Source of the DNA: Candidatus Nanoarchaeia archaeon
GTDB lineage: Archaea; Nanobdellota; Nanobdellia; SCGC-AAA011-G17; VGLX01
Assembly: GCA_038884815.1 (NCBI GenBank)
Contig: JAWABC010000010.1
Location: 1-18,760, forward strand
DNA: 18,760 bases
Reading direction: 5' to 3'
The notes beneath the pieces were generated by a model. The model did not search any database and had not been told where the DNA came from. It saw only the letters and a list, made by a program, of their open reading frames with translations. The translations under genes were made by a program, and so were the position numbers. Of this stretch, positions 1 to 7,635 are shown in pieces; positions within the stretch are counted from its first letter, which is position 1; the number at the start of each line of letters is the position of its first letter.

Positions 1-1
1 T

Positions 2-664
2 GGTAAGGCTTTGTTCCATTCTTCTCCTGCTGAGCCTGTTAACGTTTTTGATTTCAATGACAAGTTCGCTTCTGACTTTAGGTTGAGGTCTTTGAAGCCT
101 TTTCAGCGTGTTAAGGTTATTGGTGTTGTTGAGAACCAGATAACTACTAAGGAGCTCTCGACAGAGCTTAACGTTCGTGATAACATAGTTGAGCCTGATA
201 TAGGGATTGATGTTTTGAAGATTGCCGTTGTTGAGAGGTATGGTCATAACAACATGGCGGTTGGCTTTGTTAAGGGCTTTTCTCTTTTTGATGGTGCCAT
301 AGCTTCTTCTGTTGCACATGATTCTCATAACGTTGTTGTGGTCGGAACTAATGATAATGACATTGCTTTTGCAGTTAATTATTTGAAAAAGGTAGGTGGT
401 GGCTTTGTTGTTGTTTATGAGGGTAAGGTTATTGCTGGTTTGAAGCTGCCTTTTGCTGGTTTGATGTCTGACGAGTCTGCTGAAAAAGTTGCAGAGGCGC
501 TAAATAACGTTAATAATGAAGCTAGGTTTTTGGGTTGTAAGTTAAAATCACCATTCATGACCCTTTCTTTCCTTTCTTTGCTTGTCATCCCAAAACTTAA
601 GATTTCTGATAAGGGTTTGTTTGATGTTGAGAAGTTCAACTTCACGAATATATTTATTGATTAA
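2..664 (+). CDS. ade: Adenine deaminase, C-terminal portion (5' end outside window)
   Basis: The frame is open from the window edge (codons start at nt 2). The translation IASSVAHDSHNVVVVGTNDNDIAFAVNYL..GGGFVVV..LPFAGLMSDES...PFMTLSFLSLLVIPKLKISDKGLFDV matches the conserved C-terminal domain of adenine deaminase. Confidence 0.85.
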   Translation, partial: GKALFHSSPAEPVNVFDFNDKFASDFRLRSLKPFQRVKVIGVVENQITTKELSTELNVRDNIVEPDIGIDVLKIAVVERYGHNNMAVGFVKGFSLFDGAIASSVAHDSHNVVVVGTNDNDIAFAVNYLKKVGGGFVVVYEGKVIAGLKLPFAGLMSDESAEKVAEALNNVNNEARFLGCKLKSPFMTLSFLSLLVIPKLKISDKGLFDVEKFNFTNIFID

Positions 665-947
665 GGATTGTTTTTATCCTTTTTTGGAATCCATAGTTAC
701 TCATCCCTACTGGCCTCTTGTTTTTTACGCTATCTTCCAACTCTTCTACCATACCTTTTATTTTTTCTGCCAAGTCTTTTTCTTTCCCTATGTTTGTGTG
801 TTCTAATGCTGTCTTTAACAGCATCGCATACCCCACATCGTTTATGCTTGCTCCTTTTTCTGACATTCTGCTGCTTAAATCTTTTATCTCTTCTATTTTT
901 TGTTTTAGTGTGTACTGTTTGTCCTCCAAGAATTTGTATATGTCCAT
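654..947 (-). CDS. Hypothetical small protein (97 aa, charged, helical-looking)
   Basis: ATG-initiated ORF with balanced K/E-rich composition. The competing plus-strand ORFs (668-1036, 718-1008) are L/F/C-rich low-complexity mirror frames. No recognisable family. Confidence 0.5.
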   Translation of the reverse strand: MDIYKFLEDKQYTLKQKIEEIKDLSSRMSEKGASINDVGYAMLLKTALEHTNIGKEKDLAEKIKGMVEELEDSVKNKRPVGMSNYGFQKRIKTILNQ

Positions 948-989
948 GGCTTTTTACTTGCCTATGCTTATTTATATGTTTTATTGTGA

Positions 990-1064
990 TGGGGCTGAGA
1001 GGATTTGAACCCCTATCGCAGCGTCCCGAACGCTGAATCATAAACCAAGTTAGACTACAGCCCC
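990..1064 (-). tRNA. tRNA-Pro (anticodon CGG)
   Basis: The reverse complement folds as a cloverleaf. Acceptor GGGGCTG/CAGCCCC; D-loop with A14, G18G19 and A21; anticodon stem CAGCG/CGCTG; loop TTCGGGA (U33, CGG, G37). T-arm AGGGG-TTCAAAT-CCTCT; discriminator A. No encoded CCA. Confidence 0.9.
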
Positions 1065-1090
1065 TTCGTAACATTTTTATTTGTTCTCTT

Positions 1091-1098
1091 TATTTAAA
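1091..1098 (-). promoter_or_regulatory. TATA-like box about 27-34 nt upstream of the tRNA-Pro 5' end
   Basis: The minus strand reads TTTAAATA at the spacing expected for an archaeal TATA box relative to tRNA +1 (nt 1064). The background is AT-rich, so specificity is low. Confidence 0.3.
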
Positions 1099-1103
1099 TT
1101 TTT

Positions 1104-1565
1104 ATGTTTAGCAACAAGGTTACTCAGTTTTTGGATTCTAAAGGTATAAGGTATAAGTTGGTTATGCACTCCAAGCCTGTTTTCACAGTTGAGGATGCTG
1201 CTAAAGAGAGGGGTATAATAAAAAATGAAATGGTGAAAAGCATAGTTGTTACAGATGGCAGGGATGTTTTTCTTGCTTGTGTGCCAGGAGACAAAAGGTT
1301 GGACTTGGAAAAGTTGAGGTCTTACCTTAAGTGTGGTAAGCTTAGCTTGGCTAAAGCTCCTGACGTTATCAAATTTACGGGTTATGAGGTCGGTGCTGTG
1401 ACCCCTCTTTTATTGAAGAACCCTATGAGAATAGTTTTTGATTTTGATTTGAAGTATAAAACAAACTTGAGTGTTAGCTCAGGAAGTCATAATGCTGGTA
1501 TAATCCTTTTTGGAAGTGATTTGATTAATATTGTAAACCCCGAGTTTGCCATGATTTCTTGCTAA
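1104..1565 (+). CDS. YbaK/ProX/EbsC-family aminoacyl-tRNA deacylase (trans-editing domain)
   Basis: 153 aa, the family-typical size. Contains the conserved Lys strand (EMVKSIVVTDG) and the GYEVGAVTPL motif seen in YbaK/ProRS-INS-like editing domains. Confidence 0.75.
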   Translation: MFSNKVTQFLDSKGIRYKLVMHSKPVFTVEDAAKERGIIKNEMVKSIVVTDGRDVFLACVPGDKRLDLEKLRSYLKCGKLSLAKAPDVIKFTGYEVGAVTPLLLKNPMRIVFDFDLKYKTNLSVSSGSHNAGIILFGSDLINIVNPEFAMISC

Positions 1566-2494
1566 TAGTTCTTGAAGAATTGGAAGGTTTCTTCCATTCC
1601 TTTTTCAAAATTGTAATTTGGTTGCCAGCCAAGTATTTTTTTTGCTTTTTCTATACCTGCTAAAGTGTTCCTAGGTTCTATGACGGGAGGTCCATGTATT
1701 GGTTGTATGTTTTTATTTGCAGTTTTTAAAATTATTTTGGTCACTTCATTTACAGAAAATCTTTTTCCCGAACCTACGTTAAAAACTTCTCCAAAGGCTT
1801 GCTTGTTTTTTGTTTTTGCTGCAAGCATTAGCGCATCAACAACATCCTTTACATAAACGAAGTCTCTTGTCTGTTCTCCATCTCCGTTTATTGTTGGTCT
1901 TGTGTCCTTGTTTATGAGGTGTATGAATCTTGGTATCAAGCATGCGTAACCGCCTGATGGGTCTTGTCTTGGTCCAAAAATGTTGAAGCCTCTCATGCTA
2001 ATGGTTTCCATACCATAAAGCTGGTGATAAAGTTTGCAATACAACTCACCTACCAATTTGTGTAATGCGTATGGTGACATCGGATTAGGTTCCATATCCT
2101 CTGTGTAAGGCATTTTTTCTTGGTCTCCATACACAGATGAGCTCGACATGAATATGAATCTTTTTACATTATTTTTTCTGCTCATTTCAAGCAGGTTTGC
2201 CGTTCCGTCAACGTTTGTCTTGTGTGCTTCATCTGGATGGTCTATGGAATATTGTACTCTGGGCAAGGCTGCAAGGTGGAAGACAACATCAATACCCTTG
2301 AAAAGGTCACTCAAATCTTCACATATGTCCCTTTTGTAAATTTTTACATTTTTGTTATTTTTCAAATGCTGTACATTCTCTTCTTTTCCATATGAGAAAT
2401 TGTCTATTACTATAACTTCATACCCTCCTTTTAGGGCTCCGTCTACAACGTGGCTTCCTATGAACCCTGCTCCTCCTGTTATCATAACCTTCAT
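1562..2494 (-). CDS. NAD-dependent nucleotide-sugar epimerase/dehydratase (extended SDR, GalE/WbpP-like)
   Basis: N-terminal Rossmann motif MITGGAGFIGSHVVD, a catalytic YxxxK (SPYALHK), and 310 aa length. Its stop overlaps the YbaK-like stop convergently (CTAA). Confidence 0.85.
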   Translation of the reverse strand: MKVMITGGAGFIGSHVVDGALKGGYEVIVIDNFSYGKEENVQHLKNNKNVKIYKRDICEDLSDLFKGIDVVFHLAALPRVQYSIDHPDEAHKTNVDGTANLLEMSRKNNVKRFIFMSSSSVYGDQEKMPYTEDMEPNPMSPYALHKLVGELYCKLYHQLYGMETISMRGFNIFGPRQDPSGGYACLIPRFIHLINKDTRPTINGDGEQTRDFVYVKDVVDALMLAAKTKNKQAFGEVFNVGSGKRFSVNEVTKIILKTANKNIQPIHGPPVIEPRNTLAGIEKAKKILGWQPNYNFEKGMEETFQFFKNY

Positions 2495-2565
2495 ACCCTC
2501 CTTGAGTTTAGAAAAATTAATAAATGTAACGTATTTCTGCTAAAACATTAAAAAAAATTTAGGGG

Positions 2566-4119
2566 GTGATTTTTTTGAAACGTTTTGTTTTCTTATTTTT
2601 TGTTGTGCTGTTTTCTGTTTTTGTTTTTGCGGAATGCGTTGATGAAGATAATGATGGCTACGGTGCTGTTGGTACTGACATATCAACCTGTCCTGCTAGC
2701 CAAATGTACTATGATTGTGATGACACAAACTCTGGAGTGTACCCCTGGACTGATGTGGGTGCTTGCGGTATGTGTGACGGCTTACTTGGTATGGTGATTC
2801 CTAAGCCTGGTTATTATTGTCCACCTACGATTTGTTCGCCTGCTAGTGGTTGTGGTGTTGGCAATTGTGGCCCTAACGTGTTTGGTGTGATGCCTAGTGA
2901 GATGTTCAATTATTGTTTGATGGACGGCAGCTGTAGCGCTTTTGAGTGCCAGGCAACTTGCGAGCCAGATGAGGATATGGACAGTTATTCTACAAGCTGT
3001 GGCGACTGTGACGATACAAACGCACAAAGTTACCCTTGGCAAATCTTTGATGTTTGTGCAATGTGCGACCCGTTTGTAGGTGTGATAATACCGCCATTCT
3101 ACCCATGCCCTAACACGATCTGCCCAGAAAGCGGTTGTGGTGTTGGTGATTGTGGGGCTCACATTTTTGGTATTTACCCAGAGACAGTTCCAAACTATTG
3201 TTTAGAACCTTATGTATGCAGTGAGAACACTTGTAAATTGACATGTGAGTCTGATGGGGATGGTGACGGTTACTCAGTAAGTTGTGGCGATTGCAATGAT
3301 GAGGATGCCACAATATACGCAGGTGCAGTAGAGCTTTGTGATGGTAAGGATAATGATTGTGATAATGTAATACCTGAAGGGGAAGTTGACAGTGATGGTG
3401 ACAGTGTTTTTGTATGTGCTGGTGACTGTAATGATGCGGAATCCACAATTTATCCTGGTGCGATAGAGCTTTGTGATGGTAAGGATAATGATTGTGATGG
3501 CATCACACCTTCAGATGAGACTGATTCTGATGGTGATGGGTTTGCCTTGTGTGCTGGTGATTGTGACGATGCTGACTCAGCTATTAATTCTGGTGCAGAA
3601 GAAATATGTGATAACAAGGATAACAACTGTAATGATTTGGTAGATGAAATAGACGATGATAGTGATGGAGTTTATGATTGCACAGATGACAAGTGTTTGG
3701 GAAGTGTTCCTTGGTTTGCTCAAAATTTGAAACCTAACCATTATGATAGCAGTAACTGGCCTGCCTCAGTCCTAAATTATGGCTGTACCTGTGATCAGGT
3801 GCTTTATTGTAAGCCAGGTGGTGATGAGGGTGAGCTAAAGTTTGGTTGTACAATTGGTACAGTGAATGTTTGGACTCAGCAGATTGGTTGGAGTTTGGAT
3901 TGCCAGCAGGATGAGAAAGTTGCAATGGAAGGTGAGTCAAAAGATTTATTTGAGAATACGGACAATGATCTCTTGTTAGACTTAGTTGATGGCGACAAAG
4001 ATAACGATGGCATACCCAATAGCGAGGACTCGGAGTCAGAATCAAAACCTGTTGAGGAAGGCAAAAGTGGTAAGGGCAGCCCTGACTGGTGGTGTAATAA
4101 ACACCCGGGTAAGTGCTGA
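2566..4119 (+). CDS. Secreted Cys/Asp-rich repeat protein (MopE-like putative metal-binding motifs plus a TSP3-like Ca-binding motif)
   Basis: Signal-peptide-like N-terminus (KRFVFLFFVVLFSVFVFA|ECVDED). The likelier start is TTG 2575, preceded by GGGGGTGA. Three repeats of DxDGDG..C(A)GDCNDxxxxIYPGAxELCDGKDNDCD, and DGDKDNDGIPNSED near the C-terminus. Confidence 0.8.
   Translation: MIFLKRFVFLFFVVLFSVFVFAECVDEDNDGYGAVGTDISTCPASQMYYDCDDTNSGVYPWTDVGACGMCDGLLGMVIPKPGYYCPPTICSPASGCGVGNCGPNVFGVMPSEMFNYCLMDGSCSAFECQATCEPDEDMDSYSTSCGDCDDTNAQSYPWQIFDVCAMCDPFVGVIIPPFYPCPNTICPESGCGVGDCGAHIFGIYPETVPNYCLEPYVCSENTCKLTCESDGDGDGYSVSCGDCNDEDATIYAGAVELCDGKDNDCDNVIPEGEVDSDGDSVFVCAGDCNDAESTIYPGAIELCDGKDNDCDGITPSDETDSDGDGFALCAGDCDDADSAINSGAEEICDNKDNNCNDLVDEIDDDSDGVYDCTDDKCLGSVPWFAQNLKPNHYDSSNWPASVLNYGCTCDQVLYCKPGGDEGELKFGCTIGTVNVWTQQIGWSLDCQQDEKVAMEGESKDLFENTDNDLLLDLVDGDKDNDGIPNSEDSESESKPVEEGKSGKGSPDWWCNKHPGKC
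2632..3246 (+). repeat. Two tandem ~100-aa Cys-rich units inside the secreted protein
   Basis: Unit 1 (aa 23-132) and unit 2 (aa 133-227) share ..CxDCDDTNxxxYPW....C(G/A)MCD...G(M/V)(V/I)IP....CPxTICxPxSGCGVGxCGxxxFGxxP.....YCL....CS...C..TC. Confidence 0.7.
3247..3636 (+). repeat. Three tandem MopE-like 'putative metal-binding motif' repeats (~45 aa each)
   Basis: SDGDGDGYSVSCGDCNDEDATIYAGAVELCDGKDNDCD / DSDGDSVFVCAGDCNDAESTIYPGAIELCDGKDNDCD / DSDGDGFALCAGDCDDADSAINSGAEEICDNKDNNCND. Confidence 0.75.
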
Positions 4120-4213
4120 TTAATTTTTTTATTTTATTTTTCTTTAATCCTACAACCGATAGCTTTTTATACCCCTCCAATAAACCCATGTGTGGGGTGT
4201 TCTTGTTTAAAAA

Positions 4214-4516
4214 ATGATCCGTGTTGAAGACATTATAGTGAAGGATAAGAAAGAGCTTGATGTTGACATAGCCCACCTCGTTAATGTGGGGCATCATGCT
4301 TTTAAGGGCAGAAGGGAGATTCATGCTAAAGGCTTTATGAATGAAGGCAAGAATAATGCTATTTCTCAGATAATAAAACTTGCTGAAAGGCTTGAAGCAA
4401 ATCTTGCTGTTATTGAAAAAGAGCATTTTCATAAGAAAGGAATTTATAAGGCCATCGTTGGTTTCTACAAGAATTTATATGATGTTAACAAGGTTGAAAT
4501 CGGTAATTCTTATTGA
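4214..4516 (+). CDS. Hypothetical protein (100 aa)
   Basis: ATG ORF with ordinary globular composition, co-directional with its neighbours. The competing 232-aa minus-strand ORF runs into the preceding gene and has skewed composition. No family recognised. Confidence 0.45.
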   Translation: MIRVEDIIVKDKKELDVDIAHLVNVGHHAFKGRREIHAKGFMNEGKNNAISQIIKLAERLEANLAVIEKEHFHKKGIYKAIVGFYKNLYDVNKVEIGNSY

Positions 4517-4699
4517 GGTTTTTCTTTATCAACTCTTATAATAATCGTTTTTGATATTTTTATTACAATTTCATAACAAAAATTACGGGAGTACTTTAAA
4601 TAAGTGGTAACACACAAACATTTATTATGTTTTTTGCAGTTCTTTAATGATAACAAAAATCGGGGTATTGCATATAATATCTTGATAGGGGGTTTTATC

Positions 4700-5323
4700 G
4701 TGAAGAGAATTAATGTGCTTGTTGTTGGTGCACACCCAGATGATATAGAAATTGGCTGCGCCGGAACTATTTCAAAACACCTGTCATTGGGGGATAAGGT
4801 TTATGCTATGGTTATGACGAACGGAGAAAAGGGGAATCATAGTCCAGGAAAAAGGGAATGTTTAAAATCATTGGAAGTTCTTGGCATAAAAGACAACGTA
4901 ATCTTTGGCAACTTTGATGATGGCTTCTTAAGAGATGACCATAAGACTGTCAGTTTTATTGAAAAATACATAAATGAATTGAACATAACAAGAGTTTACA
5001 CACATTCCCCTAACGATAGACATCAAGACCATAGGCATTGTAGCTTCGCAGTTTCTTCTGCAGCAAGGAAACGGCCTGAAATACTTCTTTTCCAAGGCCC
5101 TTCAACAACTAATTTTGAACCACATTATTTTATTGAGATATCAAAGAAGGACCTTGAAAAAAAGCTGGCTGCAATAAAATGTTATGAAACCCAGATTAGG
5201 AAAGGCACCGTGAAACCTGAGCTTATTAAAAGCATAGCTATGATACACGGTTCCACTTGTAACAAGAAGTATGCAGAGGCTTTTGCTATTAACCATTTAT
5301 TCAGGGAGGGATTATATGTATGA
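4700..5323 (+). CDS. PIG-L/LmbE-family N-acetylglucosaminyl deacetylase
   Basis: VLVVGAHPDDIEIGCAGTI (AHPDD motif) and the HQDHRH motif. The likely start is in-frame GTG 4700, preceded by GGGGG. The ORF-track start at 4604 adds 32 non-domain residues. Confidence 0.8.
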   Translation: MKRINVLVVGAHPDDIEIGCAGTISKHLSLGDKVYAMVMTNGEKGNHSPGKRECLKSLEVLGIKDNVIFGNFDDGFLRDDHKTVSFIEKYINELNITRVYTHSPNDRHQDHRHCSFAVSSAARKRPEILLFQGPSTTNFEPHYFIEISKKDLEKKLAAIKCYETQIRKGTVKPELIKSIAMIHGSTCNKKYAEAFAINHLFREGLYV

Positions 5324-6053
5324 AAGGGTCATGGCTGCTCACCAGCCTAACTTTATACCTTACCTAGGATTTTTTGATAAGATGCAGAATTCTGACATCT
5401 TTGTTATTAGGGATGAGGTTCTTTTTGTAGAGCGCGACTTTCACCATAGGAACAGGATAAGGATTAACGGCAATGACAACAATAACAACCCTCAATTTAA
5501 ATGGTTGACTGTCCCAGTTCGTCAGGTTGAGGATTACATAAAACACCAAACAATTAAGAGGGAAACAAAACAGAAGAACAGACCTTGGAATGTTCTTATG
5601 TTGCATGACATAAAGGTTAATTATGAAAGGTCGCCTTACTTCAAGCAATACTTCCCCCTAATTGAGGGCATCTTTGACAATTCTGATGAGAAGTTGATTA
5701 CCTTAAATATGAAGATTATAAATTTTTTGAGGGAAGCTTTCGGAATTAAAACAGAAGTGATTATGGCAACTGACCTCGGATTAAAACCTGAGCATTACGA
5801 GAAGTCTGATGCCTCAGAAGATTTGGTCGCTATATGCAAAGCTGTCAAAGCCAATGTTTACCTATCAGGTGCGGGAGGTAAAAACTATTTGAACCTCGAA
5901 CCTTTCAAGAGAGAGGGCATTGAGGTAAGGTTTCAAGATTACAAGCACCCCGTTTACCCCCAGCAATACCCTGGTTTCCTTCCTTACATGGGTGCGATAG
6001 ATGCTTTGTTTTGTGTTGGTAAAATTCCAAAATCCCCAGACGGAGAAAATTAA
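5316..6053 (+). CDS. WbqC-like family protein (function not established)
   Basis: The N-terminus MAAHQPNFIPYLGFFDKM..DIFVIRDEV.F....FHHRNRIRI is typical of the WbqC-like family. ATG 5316 follows GGGAGGG and overlaps the upstream stop (ATGTATGA). ATG 5331 is an alternative start. Confidence 0.75.
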   Translation: MYERVMAAHQPNFIPYLGFFDKMQNSDIFVIRDEVLFVERDFHHRNRIRINGNDNNNNPQFKWLTVPVRQVEDYIKHQTIKRETKQKNRPWNVLMLHDIKVNYERSPYFKQYFPLIEGIFDNSDEKLITLNMKIINFLREAFGIKTEVIMATDLGLKPEHYEKSDASEDLVAICKAVKANVYLSGAGGKNYLNLEPFKREGIEVRFQDYKHPVYPQQYPGFLPYMGAIDALFCVGKIPKSPDGEN

Positions 6054-7592
6054 ATGGCATTAGAAATTAATTTAGAAAAAATAACTAAGGATAATCTACA
6101 TAGGATCCTGCCTGAACTTATCAGGCTTGAGAATAATTGGGTGGGTATTGGAGATGCTCCTTGGGCCCCTGAGAATTTTGAAAGGGAACTTCCTAAAAAG
6201 TGGGAGATGAGCAGGTACGCATCTGTTTTTGGTACCATAGTTGGTTATAACATAGCTTCTATAGATGGTAACGTTGGAAGACTAAATAAGATTGTTGTGG
6301 CATCTGATTTTAGGAACAAAGGTATAGGTGACATGCTATGGAAAGAATTTCTTGAGGATTGCAGGCGCAATAAAGTTGAGCGTGCTGAATTTAAAGTTTT
6401 GCCAGATAACGAATCTGCTATAAGCTTTTACAAGAAGCGTGGCTGTTTGTTTTATGGTGATGCCATCGGCACTGACAAGAAGATTCGCCACACAGTCATG
6501 TATCCTTTTCGACTTAAGGAGAGGGTTCCCCATTCCAAGCCAACAATTTCTTCTGATGACAAGGAGGCTGTGATTAGGGCGATAGAGCATGGTGACTTGG
6601 CAACTGGTAGGATGGTTAATTACTTTATAGATGCTTTCACTGAGTATATAGGTAAAGAGTTTGGGGTTGCAACAAACAGCGGAAGTGCTGCACTCCATCT
6701 TGCGCTAAGGGCGTTGGATGTCAAGTCTGGTGATGAAGTCATTCTTCCTTCTTATGTTTGTAATGCTGTTTTGAACGCTGTTAGTTACTGTAATGCAAAT
6801 CCCGTGCTTGTTGACATAAACCCTGATGATTACAACATATCTCTTGAAGATGCCGTTGCGAAGAAGAGCGACAAAACAAAGGCTATAATTTTACCCCATA
6901 TGTTCGGTAAGCCCATAAAAAACCTTGATGATTTTTTGAAATCTTTTGAAGGTACACCCATAATTGAGGACTGCGCTCTCTCAGTAGGTGCTTCTTATAA
7001 TGGAAAAAAGGTAGGGAGCTTTGGTCGTTTATCAATATTTTCGTTACGTGCCACTAAGATGCTTGCTGCTGGTTTGGGTGGTGTTGTCCTTACAGATGAT
7101 AAAGACTTAAAAAAAAGGTTGGATGATCTTGCCACTTATGATAACAGGGTTCTGGGTGGAGAAAGTTATAACTATCAGATGTGTGATTTTAATGCTGCTC
7201 TTGCTATGAGTCAACTGAGAAGGCTTGACAGCTTCGTAAATGCAAGGAGGAACGTTGCAAAAAAATACACTGAGATGTTCCAGAATTCCAAGGTTGATTT
7301 TGAATTTCCTGAATTTGATGAAGACAACATATTTTTTAGGTATATAATAAGGCATCCTAATAGTGAGGAGTTTATGGAAAATGTTAAGAGTCGTGGCGTT
7401 GATGTTGCGAGGCCTGTTTTCCTCCCTTTACATAAGTATTTAAACCTTCCAGACGATAATTTTCCTAATACCACAAAAGCTTACCAAACTGCAGTTTCAA
7501 TTCCAATATATCCTTTGATGGACCCGCTTATCGATAACAGGACAGTTTTTAACGTTGCAGGTATACTTGTAAATTGGAGATATGAGAAATAA
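6054..7592 (+). CDS. Fusion protein: N-terminal GNAT N-acetyltransferase plus C-terminal DegT/DnrJ/EryC1/StrS sugar aminotransferase
   Basis: aa 1-150 carry GNAT motif A (VASDFRNKGIGDMLW, SFYKKRG). aa ~165-512 carry DegT features (GxxxxxFExxF-like start, SGSAALHLAL, and the PLP lysine in SLRATKML). The start ATG abuts the upstream stop (TAAATG). Confidence 0.8.
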   Translation: MALEINLEKITKDNLHRILPELIRLENNWVGIGDAPWAPENFERELPKKWEMSRYASVFGTIVGYNIASIDGNVGRLNKIVVASDFRNKGIGDMLWKEFLEDCRRNKVERAEFKVLPDNESAISFYKKRGCLFYGDAIGTDKKIRHTVMYPFRLKERVPHSKPTISSDDKEAVIRAIEHGDLATGRMVNYFIDAFTEYIGKEFGVATNSGSAALHLALRALDVKSGDEVILPSYVCNAVLNAVSYCNANPVLVDINPDDYNISLEDAVAKKSDKTKAIILPHMFGKPIKNLDDFLKSFEGTPIIEDCALSVGASYNGKKVGSFGRLSIFSLRATKMLAAGLGGVVLTDDKDLKKRLDDLATYDNRVLGGESYNYQMCDFNAALAMSQLRRLDSFVNARRNVAKKYTEMFQNSKVDFEFPEFDEDNIFFRYIIRHPNSEEFMENVKSRGVDVARPVFLPLHKYLNLPDDNFPNTTKAYQTAVSIPIYPLMDPLIDNRTVFNVAGILVNWRYEK

Positions 7593-7635
7593 AGTATACC
7601 TCAATAAAAAAAGTTGGTAAAATGGAGGTGCCCAA

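Noticed and set aside
668-1074. ORFs 668-1036 (+), 718-1008 (+) and 730-1074 (-)
   Set aside because: They are low-complexity (L/F/C-rich or R/K-rich) frames that run through the tRNA-Pro gene and the better 654-947 minus ORF.
2782-3448. Antisense ORFs 2782-3162 and 3110-3448 (His/Thr/Cys-rich)
   Set aside because: They are mirror frames of the Cys/Asp/Gly-rich secreted-protein gene. They have extreme composition and no start context, and they are fully embedded in a better-supported CDS.
3734-4432. 232-aa minus-strand ORF
   Set aside because: It overlaps about 390 nt of the well-supported Cys-rich gene and all of the intergenic terminator/promoter region. Its composition is skewed (H, Y, L, N) and no motifs were seen. 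The plus-strand 100-aa ORF is preferred, though itself only moderately supported.
4517-4699. 183-nt intergenic region upstream of the PIG-L gene, considered for a riboswitch or small RNA
   Set aside because: It is very AT-rich with no convincing conserved helices or known riboswitch cores recognisable by eye. It probably holds only promoter elements (for example TTTAAATA near 4594).
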